Assembly (NCBI GenBank): GCA_905618885.1
Contig: CAJQTC010000012.1
Span: 5,352 to 69,351 of the forward strand
Length of the DNA stretch: 64,000 bases
Direction of reading: 5' to 3'
From: an uncultured Pelagibacteraceae bacterium
GTDB taxonomy: Bacteria; Pseudomonadota; Alphaproteobacteria; Pelagibacterales; Pelagibacteraceae
The notes beneath the pieces are model-generated. The model had not been told where the DNA came from, searched no databases, and saw only the letters and a program-made list of their open reading frames with translations. Below are positions 1 to 12,129 of this stretch, piece after piece. Each line of letters begins with the position of its first letter. Positions within the stretch are counted from its first letter, which is position 1. A program made the position numbers and the translations under genes.

Positions 1-174
1 AATAATAAACTTTTAATTCTAACATCAACTACAATCAAATTAGAAAAACTTACAAAAGAAAATATAGTAAAAATGATTGATGAGACTAAGGTTCTTTTAG
101 AAAACCCAGAAATTAATGATAAAGAAAAATACATTATAAGTCACAAGCTGGAAACACTTCAGCAAATTAGTTAA
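1..174 (+). CDS. atpC: ATP synthase F1 epsilon subunit, C-terminal part (5' truncated by window)
   Basis: Frame +1 open to TAA at 172-174: NNKLLILTSTTIKLEKLTKENIVKMIDETKVLLENPEINDKEKYIISHKLETLQQIS*, resembling the last beta-strand plus helical hairpin of epsilon; convergent with rppH. Confidence 0.65.
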   Translation, partial: NNKLLILTSTTIKLEKLTKENIVKMIDETKVLLENPEINDKEKYIISHKLETLQQIS

Positions 175-643
175 TATTTTTTTTTAGTTCTACTAACACT
201 TTTTCATAAATGTGTTTTTTAAAAAGCACAATTATATTCGGTAAAAGATTTATATCTACCCACTTCCATTCTATAAATTCTGGATTTTTTGTGTTTATAT
301 TAATTTCACTATCATCACCTAGAAACTTAACCACAAACCATTTTTGTTTTTGTCCCCTATATTTACCTTTCCATATTTTTCCAACTAATTTATCTGGCAA
401 TTCATATTCAAGCCATTGATCAAATTCTTTTAAAACTTCTATAGTTGTTATGCTGGTTTCTTCTGAGAGCTCTCTTTTCATTGCTTGTAATAAAGTTTCA
501 TTAGTATCTACACCACCTTGAGGCATTTGCCATTTATCGATTGGGTTATCTTTTCTTTTTCCAACAAAAACTTTATTTTGTGAATTGAGAACAGCTATAC
601 CAACACCTGTTCTAAGGGGAAGAATTTTATGAATCGTTTTCAC
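167..643 (-). CDS. rppH: RNA pyrophosphohydrolase (Nudix)
   Basis: WQMPQGGVD...AMKRELSEET Nudix box, YRGQKQKWF, PEFIEWKW. Confidence 0.95.
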   Translation of the reverse strand: MKTIHKILPLRTGVGIAVLNSQNKVFVGKRKDNPIDKWQMPQGGVDTNETLLQAMKRELSEETSITTIEVLKEFDQWLEYELPDKLVGKIWKGKYRGQKQKWFVVKFLGDDSEININTKNPEFIEWKWVDINLLPNIIVLFKKHIYEKVLVELKKNIN

Positions 644-1788
644 GATTTAAGCAAATCAATAGCATATTTTAATTGATTATCTGTATCAGAATTAATTTTA
701 AAATCCTTTCCAATCTCTTCCACAAAAATATCAGGTAAAACTCCAACTTCTGAAATTGATTTTCCAGAAGGTAAATAATATTTTGATATAGTTAGCCTTA
801 AGCCTCCACCATTTTTGAGTGGTATAATAGACTGTACAGATCCTTTTCCATAGGTACGTTCACCTAAAATAATCGCTCGTTTATGATCCTTTAAAGCCCC
901 AGATACAATTTCTGATGCTGAAGCCGATCCATTATTAGTAATCACTATTAAAGGTTTTTTATTTATCCCGTCGCCTTTTTTAGAAAAAAATCTTCTTGTC
1001 TCACTAATTTTTCTTCCCTTTGTAGAAACTATTTCTCCATTATCTAAAAAAAAATCTGTTATACTTATAGCTTGAGACAGTAACCCTCCTGGGTTATTTC
1101 TCAAGTCAAGAATATAACCAGTTAGTTTATTTTTTTTTTCAAAATAATTAACTTTTTCAAATAGTTGCTCATCACTATTTTCGTTAAACGATTTTAATCT
1201 TATGTATCCAATTTTTTTTTTCTCTCCAATTATTTTTGCTTCAACTGATTTAACCTCTATGACTGCTCTTTTAATTTTAAATTCTAATGCTTTTTTTTCA
1301 TTTTTTCGTCTAACAGTTAATTTGATTTCCGACCCAATAGGCCCACGCATAAGTTCGACCGCTTCAGTAAGTGTCTTACCCTGCACTTGTTGACCATTAA
1401 TTCTAACAATATAATCACCTGATTTTATACCTGCATTTGCTGCTGGAGTGTCATTAATTGGAGAAATAACCTTAACAACACCGGACTCCATTCCTATTTC
1501 AATTCCAAGTCCACCAAACTCACCTTTGGTATCAGTTTGCATACCATCAAATGATTTAGGACTCATGTACGCTGAATAAGGATCTAAAGATTGCAGAAGT
1601 CCATTAATCGCTGAATCCATAACCTCTGCTTGATCAATTTCATTAACATATTCTTGTTTTATAGTTTCTAAAACCTCACTAAATAAATCGATTTTCTCAT
1701 ATAATTTATTTGAGTTTGTTGAGTAAGCATAATCATTACTTATAAAAATATTTAAAAATAAAATTGTAATTATAATATTTATTTTCAT
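640..1788 (-). CDS. ctpA: Carboxy-terminal processing protease, S41 family
   Basis: LDPYSAY, PDZ GLGIEI, LDLRNNPGG, SASASEI, TYGKGSVQ; start moved to ATG 1788 (signal peptide MKINIIITILFL). Confidence 0.93.
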   Translation of the reverse strand: MKINIIITILFLNIFISNDYAYSTNSNKLYEKIDLFSEVLETIKQEYVNEIDQAEVMDSAINGLLQSLDPYSAYMSPKSFDGMQTDTKGEFGGLGIEIGMESGVVKVISPINDTPAANAGIKSGDYIVRINGQQVQGKTLTEAVELMRGPIGSEIKLTVRRKNEKKALEFKIKRAVIEVKSVEAKIIGEKKKIGYIRLKSFNENSDEQLFEKVNYFEKKNKLTGYILDLRNNPGGLLSQAISITDFFLDNGEIVSTKGRKISETRRFFSKKGDGINKKPLIVITNNGSASASEIVSGALKDHKRAIILGERTYGKGSVQSIIPLKNGGGLRLTISKYYLPSGKSISEVGVLPDIFVEEIGKDFKINSDTDNQLKYAIDLLKS

Positions 1789-2132
1789 ATTAGTATTTTC
1801 TCTTTTAGAATTGGCTCGGACCACATTTTTTCAAGATCATAAAAATCTCTTTTTTCTGGATGAAATAAATGAACTATAATGTCAATTGCATCCACAAGCT
1901 TCCAGTCATTACTATCATTACCTTCCATTCTACAGTTGTAAATACCTATTTTTTTAAGCTCTGTTACTAAATTTTGAGATAGAGATTGCAGATGTCTAGA
2001 AGAAGTTCCCGAAGCTATAATCATATAGTCTGCTATAAAAGATTTTTTCTTAAGATCAATCGAAACAATGTTATTAGCTTTATTATTATCTAAAATAATT
2101 TCAATTTTATTTTTTATTTCAGATATTTCCAT
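1785..2132 (-). CDS. rsfS: Ribosome silencing factor
   Basis: DYMIIASGTSSRH, WKLVD, IVHLF, FYDLEKMW; follows nadD. Confidence 0.93.
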   Translation of the reverse strand: MEISEIKNKIEIILDNNKANNIVSIDLKKKSFIADYMIIASGTSSRHLQSLSQNLVTELKKIGIYNCRMEGNDSNDWKLVDAIDIIVHLFHPEKRDFYDLEKMWSEPILKEKILI

Positions 2133-2665
2133 TAACTTTTAAGATAATTTTTCCTAATTTGAGTAGAAGAAATATTTATAGGTTTATGTTTAATGAATAT
2201 TATATTTTTCACTTGCTTCATTGTAACAGATTTTTTTGCCTTTTGATCAAAGTCCTTTCGAGAAAACACAACAATTTCAGTTAATTTTGGTAAAATTTTC
2301 CAATTTTTCCATTTATGAAATTTAATTAAATTATCTGAACCAATAATGAAAAAAAATTTTTTTTTTTTATTTTTTTTCTTCAAATATTTTATTAAATCGA
2401 TGGTATTAGGTGATTTTATTTTATCTTCAAAAAATTTAATTTTAATTTTTTTTATTTTTCTTGTTATAATCTTACTTTTTTTTATTCTTTCAGTTAGTAA
2501 GAAAAAAGCTTTTTTTTTTAGAGGATTTTTTTTTGTAATACACCAGTAAACCTGATCCAAAGATAGTTTTTTTATTGCTAGTCTCGAGATTTCTAGGTGC
2601 CCACGGTGTGGAGGGTCAAAGCTACCCCCTAAAATTCCAATTCTTTGTTGCCTTGGTTTAATCAT
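2132..2665 (-). CDS. nadD: Nicotinate-nucleotide adenylyltransferase
   Basis: GGSFDPPHRGH, IIGSDN, ISSTQIR. Confidence 0.93.
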   Translation of the reverse strand: MIKPRQQRIGILGGSFDPPHRGHLEISRLAIKKLSLDQVYWCITKKNPLKKKAFFLLTERIKKSKIITRKIKKIKIKFFEDKIKSPNTIDLIKYLKKKNKKKKFFFIIGSDNLIKFHKWKNWKILPKLTEIVVFSRKDFDQKAKKSVTMKQVKNIIFIKHKPINISSTQIRKNYLKS

Positions 2666-2671
2666 TTTTGA

Positions 2672-3909
2672 TTAAGGTCTAATAATCCCTTTTCCACTGA
2701 CTATGTACCTATAGGATGTTAATTGATTAATTCCAACTGGGCCTCTTGGCGGCAATTTATTTGTTGAAATTCCAATCTCTCCTCCAAATCCAAATTCACC
2801 TCCATCAGCAAATTGAGTCGAAACATTATGCATTGAAATTGCACTGTTAATACCATTTAAAAATATTTCAGCCGTTTTAGAGTTATTAGTTATAATACTG
2901 TCAGTATGCATCGTGCCATATTTTAATATATGATTTTTAGCTTCTTCCACTCCATCAACAGATTTAACAGAAATTTTTGCATCTAAATATTCAGTATTCC
3001 AATCAATTTCTTTTGCTAATTTATATTTATTTTTAAATATTTGATTAATTTTTTTATCCACAACGACTTCGCAACCTAATGATGTCAGTTTATTAATAAT
3101 TGGGACACCATGTTTTTTTATTGACTTAGAATCTATTAATAATGTTTCTACAGCGCCGCATATACTAGTTCTTCTCATCTTTGCATTGGTAACTATTTTT
3201 GTAGCCATAGCGGTGTTAGCATCTTTGTCCACATAAATATGACAAATACCCTCAAGGTGCCCAATCACATGTACTCTTGAAAATTGTTGAACTTTCTTCA
3301 CAAGTTCCTTTCCTCCTCTTGGTATAATTACATCTATATATTCCGACATATTAGATAAAAGGTAATTTACGACGTTTCTACTTTTGTCTTCAATAAATTG
3401 AACGCAATTTTTATCAATATTATTTATTTTTAAAGATTCTCTAAAAAGATCAACCAATATCTTATTTGAATTATAAGCCTCAGAACCACCTCTTAATATT
3501 CCACAATTACCAGATTTTAAGCATAAAGCGGAAGCATCGGAGGTCACGTTTGGCCTGCTTTCATAAATTATACCTATTACTCCTATTGATGTTGTAACTT
3601 TTTTTATTTTTAACCCACTTGGTCTTTTCCACGACTCTAAGACTTTATTTAGAGGGCTTTTAAATTTATAAATTTCATTGATAGAGTTTCTTATGCTTTC
3701 TATTCTTTTGCTGTCTAATATCAGTCTATCTACAAGATGTTTCCTTTTTACATTTTTAACATCTTTTATATTTTCTTGAATAATCTGTTTTTTATTTTTC
3801 AACAAAAGTCGATTATAGCCTAAAAGCACTTTATTAATTTTTTGTTCATTTAAACTATTAAGTATAGTTAAAGCTTTTTTGGCGTTTACACCAAATTGTT
3901 TTAATTTTT

Positions 3910-3913
<4 letters not shown>
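2672..3913 (-). CDS. proA: Gamma-glutamyl phosphate reductase
   Basis: IYESRPNVT, IPRGG, ICGAVETLL, FADGGEFGFGGEIGIST. Confidence 0.96.
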
Positions 3914-5989
<2,076 letters not shown>

Positions 5990-6020
5990 TTAAAATAAAT
6001 AACTAAAGTTATTTATATGC

Positions 6021-6275
6021 TTAATTGGGAATAACAGAAACAAAAGTTCTGTTTAATTTTGATTTTTTGAATTTAACTTTACCTTTAATCAAAGAAAACA
6101 AAGTGTGGTCTGTACCCATACCAACATTTTCTCCTGGATGAATACGTGTACCTCTCTGTCTTACGATAATATTTCCAGGTATAACTACTTGATCACCATA
6201 TTTTTTAACACCAAGTCTTCTACCTGCACTATCTCGACCATTACGGGAAGATCCACCAGCTTTTTTTGTTGCCAT
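6021..6275 (-). CDS. rpmA: 50S ribosomal protein L27
   Basis: [23 protein letters not shown]. Confidence 0.98.
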   Translation of the reverse strand: MATKKAGGSSRNGRDSAGRRLGVKKYGDQVVIPGNIIVRQRGTRIHPGENVGMGTDHTLFSLIKGKVKFKKSKLNRTFVSVIPN

Positions 6276-6284
6276 ATTATTTTC

Positions 6285-6716
6285 CTATTTCTTTAAATTT
6301 TTTTTAGCGATTAATTGTTTTTGTTTTTTTGTTTTTTTTGGCTCAATAATCTTTTTTTCTTTCAGTTCAATTGGTTTTGCTTCAGCTATGACTTTACCAT
6401 CTTTTGAAAGTATTTTGGTAATTTGAATTTTTGAATGTCTTTGCCTATGTCCATTCATTTTTCTTGAATGTTTTCTTCTTCTCTTGTGAAAAATTAAAAC
6501 AGTTCTATCCTTAACATTATCTAATAATTTTGCCTCAACGATAGCACCATCAATATTTGGGTTTCCTATTACAGTAGTTTTACTATCATTTAATAATAGA
6601 ATATTTTTAAACTGAATAGTTTTACCTATTTCAGCATCAAGTTTTTCTATTTCTATAATTTTACTTGCAGATGCTTTGTATTGTTTTCCACCTGTTTCAA
6701 ATATTGCAAATGACAT
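6285..6716 (-). CDS. rplU: 50S ribosomal protein L21 with basic C-terminal extension
   Basis: ETGGKQY, KRRRKHSRKMNGHRQ. Confidence 0.97.
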   Translation of the reverse strand: MSFAIFETGGKQYKASASKIIEIEKLDAEIGKTIQFKNILLLNDSKTTVIGNPNIDGAIVEAKLLDNVKDRTVLIFHKRRRKHSRKMNGHRQRHSKIQITKILSKDGKVIAEAKPIELKEKKIIEPKKTKKQKQLIAKKNLKK

Positions 6717-6742
6717 AAGTTTTCTTTCTTTAAAAATATAGC

Positions 6743-6770
6743 AATATAACTTGAAAGAACTTCAAGTCAA
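6743..6770 (-). promoter_or_regulatory. Putative sigma70 promoter of rplU-rpmA-obgE operon
   Basis: Minus strand TTGACT-N16-TATATT about 27 nt upstream of rplU ATG. Confidence 0.5.
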
Positions 6771-6781
6771 GGTGATAGAAG

Positions 6782-7546
6782 CTAAAAACTATCCTTTAAA
6801 TCTCTAAGTTTTTTGAATATTTCCACTTCTGAGGAATTTTCCATACCCAAGGATTTTTTTACAGCAAGAACATCGCAACGTAAAAAAATATTTGTACTTA
6901 ACTCTTCTTTTAAAATTACAGGAATTGTTGGTTCTTTTTTACTTAATTTTGATATCACCCATTCTTTTTTTTCCTCCAGTCTATTATTGTTAATTTCATA
7001 TTTAATACAAAAGTCTAAATTTTTTTCAGTATATTCATGTCCGCAATAAATTAGAGTGTCTATTGGTAATCTTTTTATAAGGTTAAGTGAATTCAACATT
7101 TCTATGTGCGTACCCTCGAAAACTCTACCACAACCTAATGAAAATAAAGTGTCACCAGTAAAAATAACTCTTTCATCTTTAGCATAAAAACAAACATGAC
7201 CATTAGTATGACCTGGTATGTAAAAAATTTTAAAATCTATACATCCTAATTTAAAATTTTCATTGTCAGATAATTTTATGTCTATACCTGGAATTCTTTT
7301 TTCATCCTTTTTAGAGCCGACAATTTTAGTTTTATATTTTTTTTGTAAATCTAAATTCCCCCCTGTATGATCAAAATGGTGATGGGTATTGAATATATAA
7401 TCAATCTTTTTTAATTTTTTTTCTATAAAATTATTAATAGGTTCAAATTCCGAGGGATCAACTACAGCAACAGTATTTGTTTCTGTGTCATGAACTACAA
7501 AACTATAATTATCTTGTAAGCAGGGTACAATATCTATGTTTAACAT
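6782..7546 (-). CDS. gloB: Hydroxyacylglutathione hydrolase (glyoxalase II)
   Basis: DNY, THHHFDHTGG, PGHT, GDTLFSLGCGR, CGHEYT. Confidence 0.95.
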   Translation of the reverse strand: MLNIDIVPCLQDNYSFVVHDTETNTVAVVDPSEFEPINNFIEKKLKKIDYIFNTHHHFDHTGGNLDLQKKYKTKIVGSKKDEKRIPGIDIKLSDNENFKLGCIDFKIFYIPGHTNGHVCFYAKDERVIFTGDTLFSLGCGRVFEGTHIEMLNSLNLIKRLPIDTLIYCGHEYTEKNLDFCIKYEINNNRLEEKKEWVISKLSKKEPTIPVILKEELSTNIFLRCDVLAVKKSLGMENSSEVEIFKKLRDLKDSF

Positions 7547-8140
7547 TTAGCTAATCAAAAAGATGCCAACCTCAGACAAAAGGTTTTTCATCTCTAAATT
7601 AATTCGATTTATAGAAGATGTTTTCTCATTATTGACCCCAATAATTTTGTTCATCTTGATTTTTTTTTCATCACAAAACTGATAAAAATCTTTTATAGAG
7701 CACATGTGTAGATTAGGAGTATTATACCAAGAATCGGGAAGAGATCTTGTCACAGGCATTTTTCCGAAAAATAATAAACTTGTTCTAACCCGCCAATATC
7801 CAAAGTTAGGTATAGAAATTATTACTTTTTTCCCTATTCTCAACAATTCATTTAAAACGTTTACTGGTTGATAAAATGCTTGAAGTGTTTGACTTAAGAC
7901 AACAAAGTCAAAAGCTTTATCAGGAAATTGAGCAAGTTCAGTCTCAGCATTCCCTTGAATTACAGATAAACCTTTAGATATACATTGTTTAACTTTATTC
8001 TCTTCAAGTTCAATACCTCTAGCGTCGATACTTTTTTGTTTGATAAGAGCCTCGATTAAAGTTCCATCACCACAACCAACATCTAATACTCGCGATTGTA
8101 CAGGAAGTAAATTTACAATTATTTTAAATTCATTTTTCAT
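7547..8140 (-). CDS. metW: Methionine biosynthesis protein MetW
   Basis: VLDVGCGDG, LSQTLQA, WYNTPNLH; downstream of metX; start set at ATG 8140. Confidence 0.93.
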   Translation of the reverse strand: MKNEFKIIVNLLPVQSRVLDVGCGDGTLIEALIKQKSIDARGIELEENKVKQCISKGLSVIQGNAETELAQFPDKAFDFVVLSQTLQAFYQPVNVLNELLRIGKKVIISIPNFGYWRVRTSLLFFGKMPVTRSLPDSWYNTPNLHMCSIKDFYQFCDEKKIKMNKIIGVNNEKTSSINRINLEMKNLLSEVGIFLIS

Positions 8141-9263
8141 TTTTAAATATTTCAAAATTTGAATCTAAAAAACCTTTAAGAGTTTCTAAGAATTCTAGTT
8201 CTTTAACTAAAAAAGAATCATGACCTTTGTCTGTTTTTATTTCAGCAAAAGCAACATTTGCACCTGACGCATTTAAAGCAATTACAATATCTTTACTATT
8301 TTTCGTAGGGTAAAGCCAATCTGAAGAAAAGGATATAATCAAAAATTTTGTTTTATGATTCTGAAATGCTTCAACTAATCCATTCTTAAATTGTTTAGAT
8401 AGATCAAAATAATCCATAGCTCTTGATATATATAAATATGAATTTGCGTCAAATCTATCTACAAATACATTGCCTTGATGTCTTAGATAACTTTCTATCT
8501 GAAAGTCAGCATCAAATGTAAACTCATAATCCTTTTTTTCTTGTAGTTTTCTTCCAAATCTTTCTTGCAAGCCTTTGTCTGACATATAAGTAATATGAGC
8601 AGCCATTCTTGCTACAGCTAAGCCATTTTTGGGAATTTTTTTATCTTTATAGTAGTTTCCTTTATTCCATAATGGATCTGCCATTATTGCCTGTCTAGCT
8701 AATTCATTTAGAGCAATTTGTTGTGCATTGTGACTGGCGGTTGATGCAATAGGAACGGCTGAAAAAGTCTTATCAGGATACAAAGCACAAAACTGTAAAA
8801 GCTGCATCCCTCCCATGGAACCACCTAAAACACTTAAAAGTTTTTTTATCTCGAAGTGTTCTAGTAAAGATTCTTGTGCTCTAATCATATCTCTTATTGT
8901 AATTACCGGAAACTTCAAACCATAAGGCTCATTATCTTCAATGTTAAGATTTTTAGGTCCAAAAGAACCCATACATCCACCTAAAACATTTGCACAAATA
9001 ATGAAATATTTTTCTGTATCAACGGCTTTTCCTGGACCTACAGCTGTACTCCACCAGCCAACTTTATTAGTAACAGGGTTAGTACCAGAAACAAATTGAT
9101 CTCCCGAAAGAGCGTGAAAAATTAAAATTGCATTATTTTTTTCTTTATTAAGCTTACCGTAAGTCTCATAAGCTATAGGAAAATCTTTTATGGTTTGACC
9201 ACAATCAAGTTTAAGTGGTTTTGTTACAATTATTTGTTTTATATTTTCAATTTTATAGTTCAT
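8130..9263 (-). CDS. metX: Homoserine O-acetyl/succinyltransferase
   Basis: YETYG, HALSG, GGSMGG, GHDSFL; start set at ATG 9263 because the upstream extension is riboswitch/terminator. Confidence 0.95.
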   Translation of the reverse strand: MNYKIENIKQIIVTKPLKLDCGQTIKDFPIAYETYGKLNKEKNNAILIFHALSGDQFVSGTNPVTNKVGWWSTAVGPGKAVDTEKYFIICANVLGGCMGSFGPKNLNIEDNEPYGLKFPVITIRDMIRAQESLLEHFEIKKLLSVLGGSMGGMQLLQFCALYPDKTFSAVPIASTASHNAQQIALNELARQAIMADPLWNKGNYYKDKKIPKNGLAVARMAAHITYMSDKGLQERFGRKLQEKKDYEFTFDADFQIESYLRHQGNVFVDRFDANSYLYISRAMDYFDLSKQFKNGLVEAFQNHKTKFLIISFSSDWLYPTKNSKDIVIALNASGANVAFAEIKTDKGHDSFLVKELEFLETLKGFLDSNFEIFKNEK

Positions 9264-9265
9264 AT

Positions 9266-9290
9266 AAAAAAAAAACCCAGCTAAACTGGG
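9266..9290 (-). terminator. Intrinsic terminator in metX leader (riboswitch expression platform)
   Basis: Minus strand CCCAG-TTTAG-CTGGG followed by 10 T. Confidence 0.75.
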
Positions 9291-9295
9291 CAAAA

Positions 9296-9347
9296 CCCTA
9301 TTTAGCGAATTTTATTATGCGCCCGCAATTTGGTTAAATCAGCGCTA
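9296..9347 (-). ncRNA. SAM-II riboswitch aptamer
   Basis: Minus strand TAGCGCTGATTTAACCAAATTGCGGGCGCATAATAAAATTCGCTAAATAGGG matches the SAM-II pattern GCGCUGAUUUAACC..UUGC..GCGC..AUAAA...GCUAAA..GGG; directly upstream of metX. Confidence 0.92.
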
Positions 9348-9351
9348 TAAA

Positions 9352-9380
9352 CTTGTACTAAACCGTTGGAAAATTGTCAA
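9352..9380 (-). promoter_or_regulatory. Sigma70 promoter of SAM-II/metX
   Basis: TTGACA-N17-TACAAG on minus strand, ending a few nt before the aptamer. Confidence 0.65.
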
Positions 9381-9444
9381 TTTTATAAGAAACTAAATTG
9401 AACATAGAAATAATAAAGCTTTTTAGATATGACATGATCAAGCT

Positions 9445-10527
9445 ATGAAATTACCAAAAGCTAAAAATATTAATGCTGAAAAATACGTTGCTGGTTTGAG
9501 TAAATTTAAGCAAAAATTTGCTAAAATAAAACTATCTGCAAATGAATCTGCGTTAGGGCCAAGTCCGAGAGCGGTAAAAGAGTATATTAAAGTTTCAAAA
9601 GATTTTAAGAGATATCCGGATTCAGACGGAACATTTCTAAGAAAAACTATAGCTAAAAAATTTAAATTAGATCAAAGTAAAATAATTCTAGGTAGCGGTT
9701 CCGATCAAGTCATTGAAATTATTTGTAAAGCTTTTCTCAGTAAAAATGATGAGGTTGTACTATCGCAATATAGTTTTATTATTTATAGAATTTATACTAA
9801 GCTTAATTCTGCAAAAGTAGTATACGCAGCAGAAAATAATTTTACCTCTTCAGTAGATAATATACTTTCATGCGTAACCAGTAAAACAAAAATAATTTTT
9901 ATTGCAAACCCTAATAACCCTACTGGCACATATATTAGTAAAAAAGAAATATTAAAATTAAGAAAAAAACTTAGGAGTAATATTTTATTAGTTGTAGACG
10001 ATGCATATTTTGAATATGTGAACTCAAAAGATTATGAATGTGGATTAAAACTATTTACGAAATTTAAAAATGTTGTAATAACCAGAACATTTTCAAAAAT
10101 ATATGGTTTAGCAGGACTAAGAGTTGGTTGGGGATATGCATCAAAAAATATAGTTGATTCATTGTATAAAATAAAACCTCCTTTTAATGTTAGTCGACCA
10201 GCATTATTCGCAGCTTCTGTTGCAATAAAAGATACAGCCTGGTTAAACAAAGAAATAATGCACGTGCGAAAATGGTCTAAAATTTTTTATGATGTTTTTA
10301 AGAAGCTAAACATACATACGAACAAGACTAGTGTTAATTTTTCATTAATTAACTTTGATAGAGTTAAAAAAAATTCAAAACAAGTTTTTTATGCTTTAGC
10401 TAAAGCAGGAATTTTGTTAAGACAAATGGATGCTTACTCAATAAAAAATTCTTTAAGAGTTACCGTTGGTAACAGTAAAGAAAATTTAAAACTAATAACT
10501 GAATTAAAAAAAATTCTTAATGTTTAA
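9445..10527 (+). CDS. hisC: Histidinol-phosphate aminotransferase
   Basis: KLSANES, RYPD, ANPNNPTG, RTFSKIYGLAGLRVG. Confidence 0.95.
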   Translation: MKLPKAKNINAEKYVAGLSKFKQKFAKIKLSANESALGPSPRAVKEYIKVSKDFKRYPDSDGTFLRKTIAKKFKLDQSKIILGSGSDQVIEIICKAFLSKNDEVVLSQYSFIIYRIYTKLNSAKVVYAAENNFTSSVDNILSCVTSKTKIIFIANPNNPTGTYISKKEILKLRKKLRSNILLVVDDAYFEYVNSKDYECGLKLFTKFKNVVITRTFSKIYGLAGLRVGWGYASKNIVDSLYKIKPPFNVSRPALFAASVAIKDTAWLNKEIMHVRKWSKIFYDVFKKLNIHTNKTSVNFSLINFDRVKKNSKQVFYALAKAGILLRQMDAYSIKNSLRVTVGNSKENLKLITELKKILNV

Positions 10528-11425
10528 TACTATTTCTATAATTGGTTGTGGTTTGATAGGTTCTTCAATTTTAAGGGCTATTAAAAATAATAATTTAGCT
10601 AAAGAAACTAAAGTATTTGATCATTCAAAAGAAGTTACTGCATATTTAAAAAAAGAAAACATATGTACGAATGGATCTAATGACATCCGTCAGTGTGTTG
10701 CCAACTCTGATTTAATAATTATTGCAACACCCTTAAGTAGTTATAAAGAAATTATTTTATCGATAAAAGATAGTTTGAAAAAAAATGCTATTTTAACAGA
10801 CACAGGATCCGTCAAAAAAGAGGTTATGAAGATAATTCATAATATTAATCTAACAGATGTTCACTGGATACCTTCGCACCCAATTGCAGGAACAGAAGAA
10901 AGTGGGCCAAGAGCAGGGCAGGCCCAGATGTTCAAAAATCGTTGGTGTGTTATTTCTCCACCTAAAGATTGTGCTAACGAACCAGTAAAAAATTTAAAAG
11001 CTTTCTGGGAAGCGATAGGAAGTAAAGTTCAAATTATGACACCGGAAGAACACGATAAAATTTTATCTTTAACTAGTCATTTACCACATGCGATTGCCTA
11101 TAATATTGTCAGAACAGTAACGGGGGTTGAAGATAAATTGAAGCATGAAGTAGTACAGTACAGCGCAGGAGGTTTAAGAGATTTTACAAGAATAGCTGCT
11201 TCTAACCCTTTAATGTGGAGAGATATTTTTCTAGATAACAATGAAAATATATCAAAAGGTATTGAGAGTTTTATTGAAAAACTGAATGAATTAAAAAAAG
11301 CTATAAATGATAAAAATGGTGATAAGCTTTATCAAATTTTTAATTCTACAAAAGAAGTTAGAAAAGAAATCATCAAAGCCGGACAAGACACGAACAAGCC
11401 AGATTTTGGCAGAAAAAAGGATTAA
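10520..11425 (+). CDS. tyrC: Prephenate/arogenate (cyclohexadienyl) dehydrogenase
   Basis: GCGLIGSS, TDTGSVK, HPIAGTE, SHLPH, LRDFTRIAASNPLMWRDI. Confidence 0.92.
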   Translation: MFNTISIIGCGLIGSSILRAIKNNNLAKETKVFDHSKEVTAYLKKENICTNGSNDIRQCVANSDLIIIATPLSSYKEIILSIKDSLKKNAILTDTGSVKKEVMKIIHNINLTDVHWIPSHPIAGTEESGPRAGQAQMFKNRWCVISPPKDCANEPVKNLKAFWEAIGSKVQIMTPEEHDKILSLTSHLPHAIAYNIVRTVTGVEDKLKHEVVQYSAGGLRDFTRIAASNPLMWRDIFLDNNENISKGIESFIEKLNELKKAINDKNGDKLYQIFNSTKEVRKEIIKAGQDTNKPDFGRKKD

Positions 11426-12129
11426 CAATATTTTTCAGTTTCAGAATAAATTTTTTCTTCTAAAATTTTGAGAAAAATAATCTTTTCTAAACCGGGTTCA
11501 ATTGGTTCTAAGAAAGAAACGTGAATATCACCTGGGTACTTGATAAAGCTATTTTTGGGCCATATTTTTCCAGAGTTTAAGGCGACAGGGATGCAGGGCA
11601 GATTAAGAGAGTCATAGATTCTTCCCACACCTTTCTTGAAAGGACTTCTGTCACTAAATTTGACCCTTGTGCCTTGAGGAAAAATTAAAAGAGGGCGATT
11701 ATGTTTTTGAATAGTATTTTTTATTTTATCAAAAAAATTTAAATTTTCTTTTGTTGTTGTCTCTCTAATTATCTCAATTGATCCAATTTTCCTTAAATAC
11801 CAGCCAAACAAAGGTATACTTAGGAGTTCTTTCTTTAAAATAAAAACAGGAAAGTCGAGCGGCGCTTGAAGAACAAAAGTTTCAAACATTGACTGATGCG
11901 CAGAAGCTATAAAAAATTTTTTTACCTTCTTCAAATTTTCCTGTCCGTGAAATATAACCCTGGTGTTTAAAATTAATCTTAATATTAAAATTATATAATA
12001 AGCTAAAAATTTTCCACAATACAAAGTGAATTTGGGAGGTAAAATTAATGTCGGTATAGCTAGAATAAAAACTAAAATTATACCAGTATATAAAAACACA
12101 TTAAAAAATAAAGATCTTATTAATTGCAT
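11422..12129 (-). CDS. plsC: 1-acyl-sn-glycerol-3-phosphate acyltransferase
   Basis: HQSMFET, LKKEL, IFPQGTR, PVAL motifs. Confidence 0.85.
   Translation of the reverse strand: MQLIRSLFFNVFLYTGIILVFILAIPTLILPPKFTLYCGKFLAYYIILILRLILNTRVIFHGQENLKKVKKFFIASAHQSMFETFVLQAPLDFPVFILKKELLSIPLFGWYLRKIGSIEIIRETTTKENLNFFDKIKNTIQKHNRPLLIFPQGTRVKFSDRSPFKKGVGRIYDSLNLPCIPVALNSGKIWPKNSFIKYPGDIHVSFLEPIEPGLEKIIFLKILEEKIYSETEKYC

Noticed and set aside
1789-1824. N-terminal extension of the ctpA ORF
   Set aside because: It overlaps rsfS; ATG at 1788 gives a normal signal peptide.
2340-2540. Long poly-T/poly-A runs in nadD, carD and elsewhere as phase-variation tracts
   Set aside because: They are explained by AAA Lys codons in an AT-rich genome, and the reading frames are intact.
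9264-9293. N-terminal extension of metX (MPSLAGFFFY) or a leader peptide
   Set aside because: It is the terminator hairpin and U tract read in frame.
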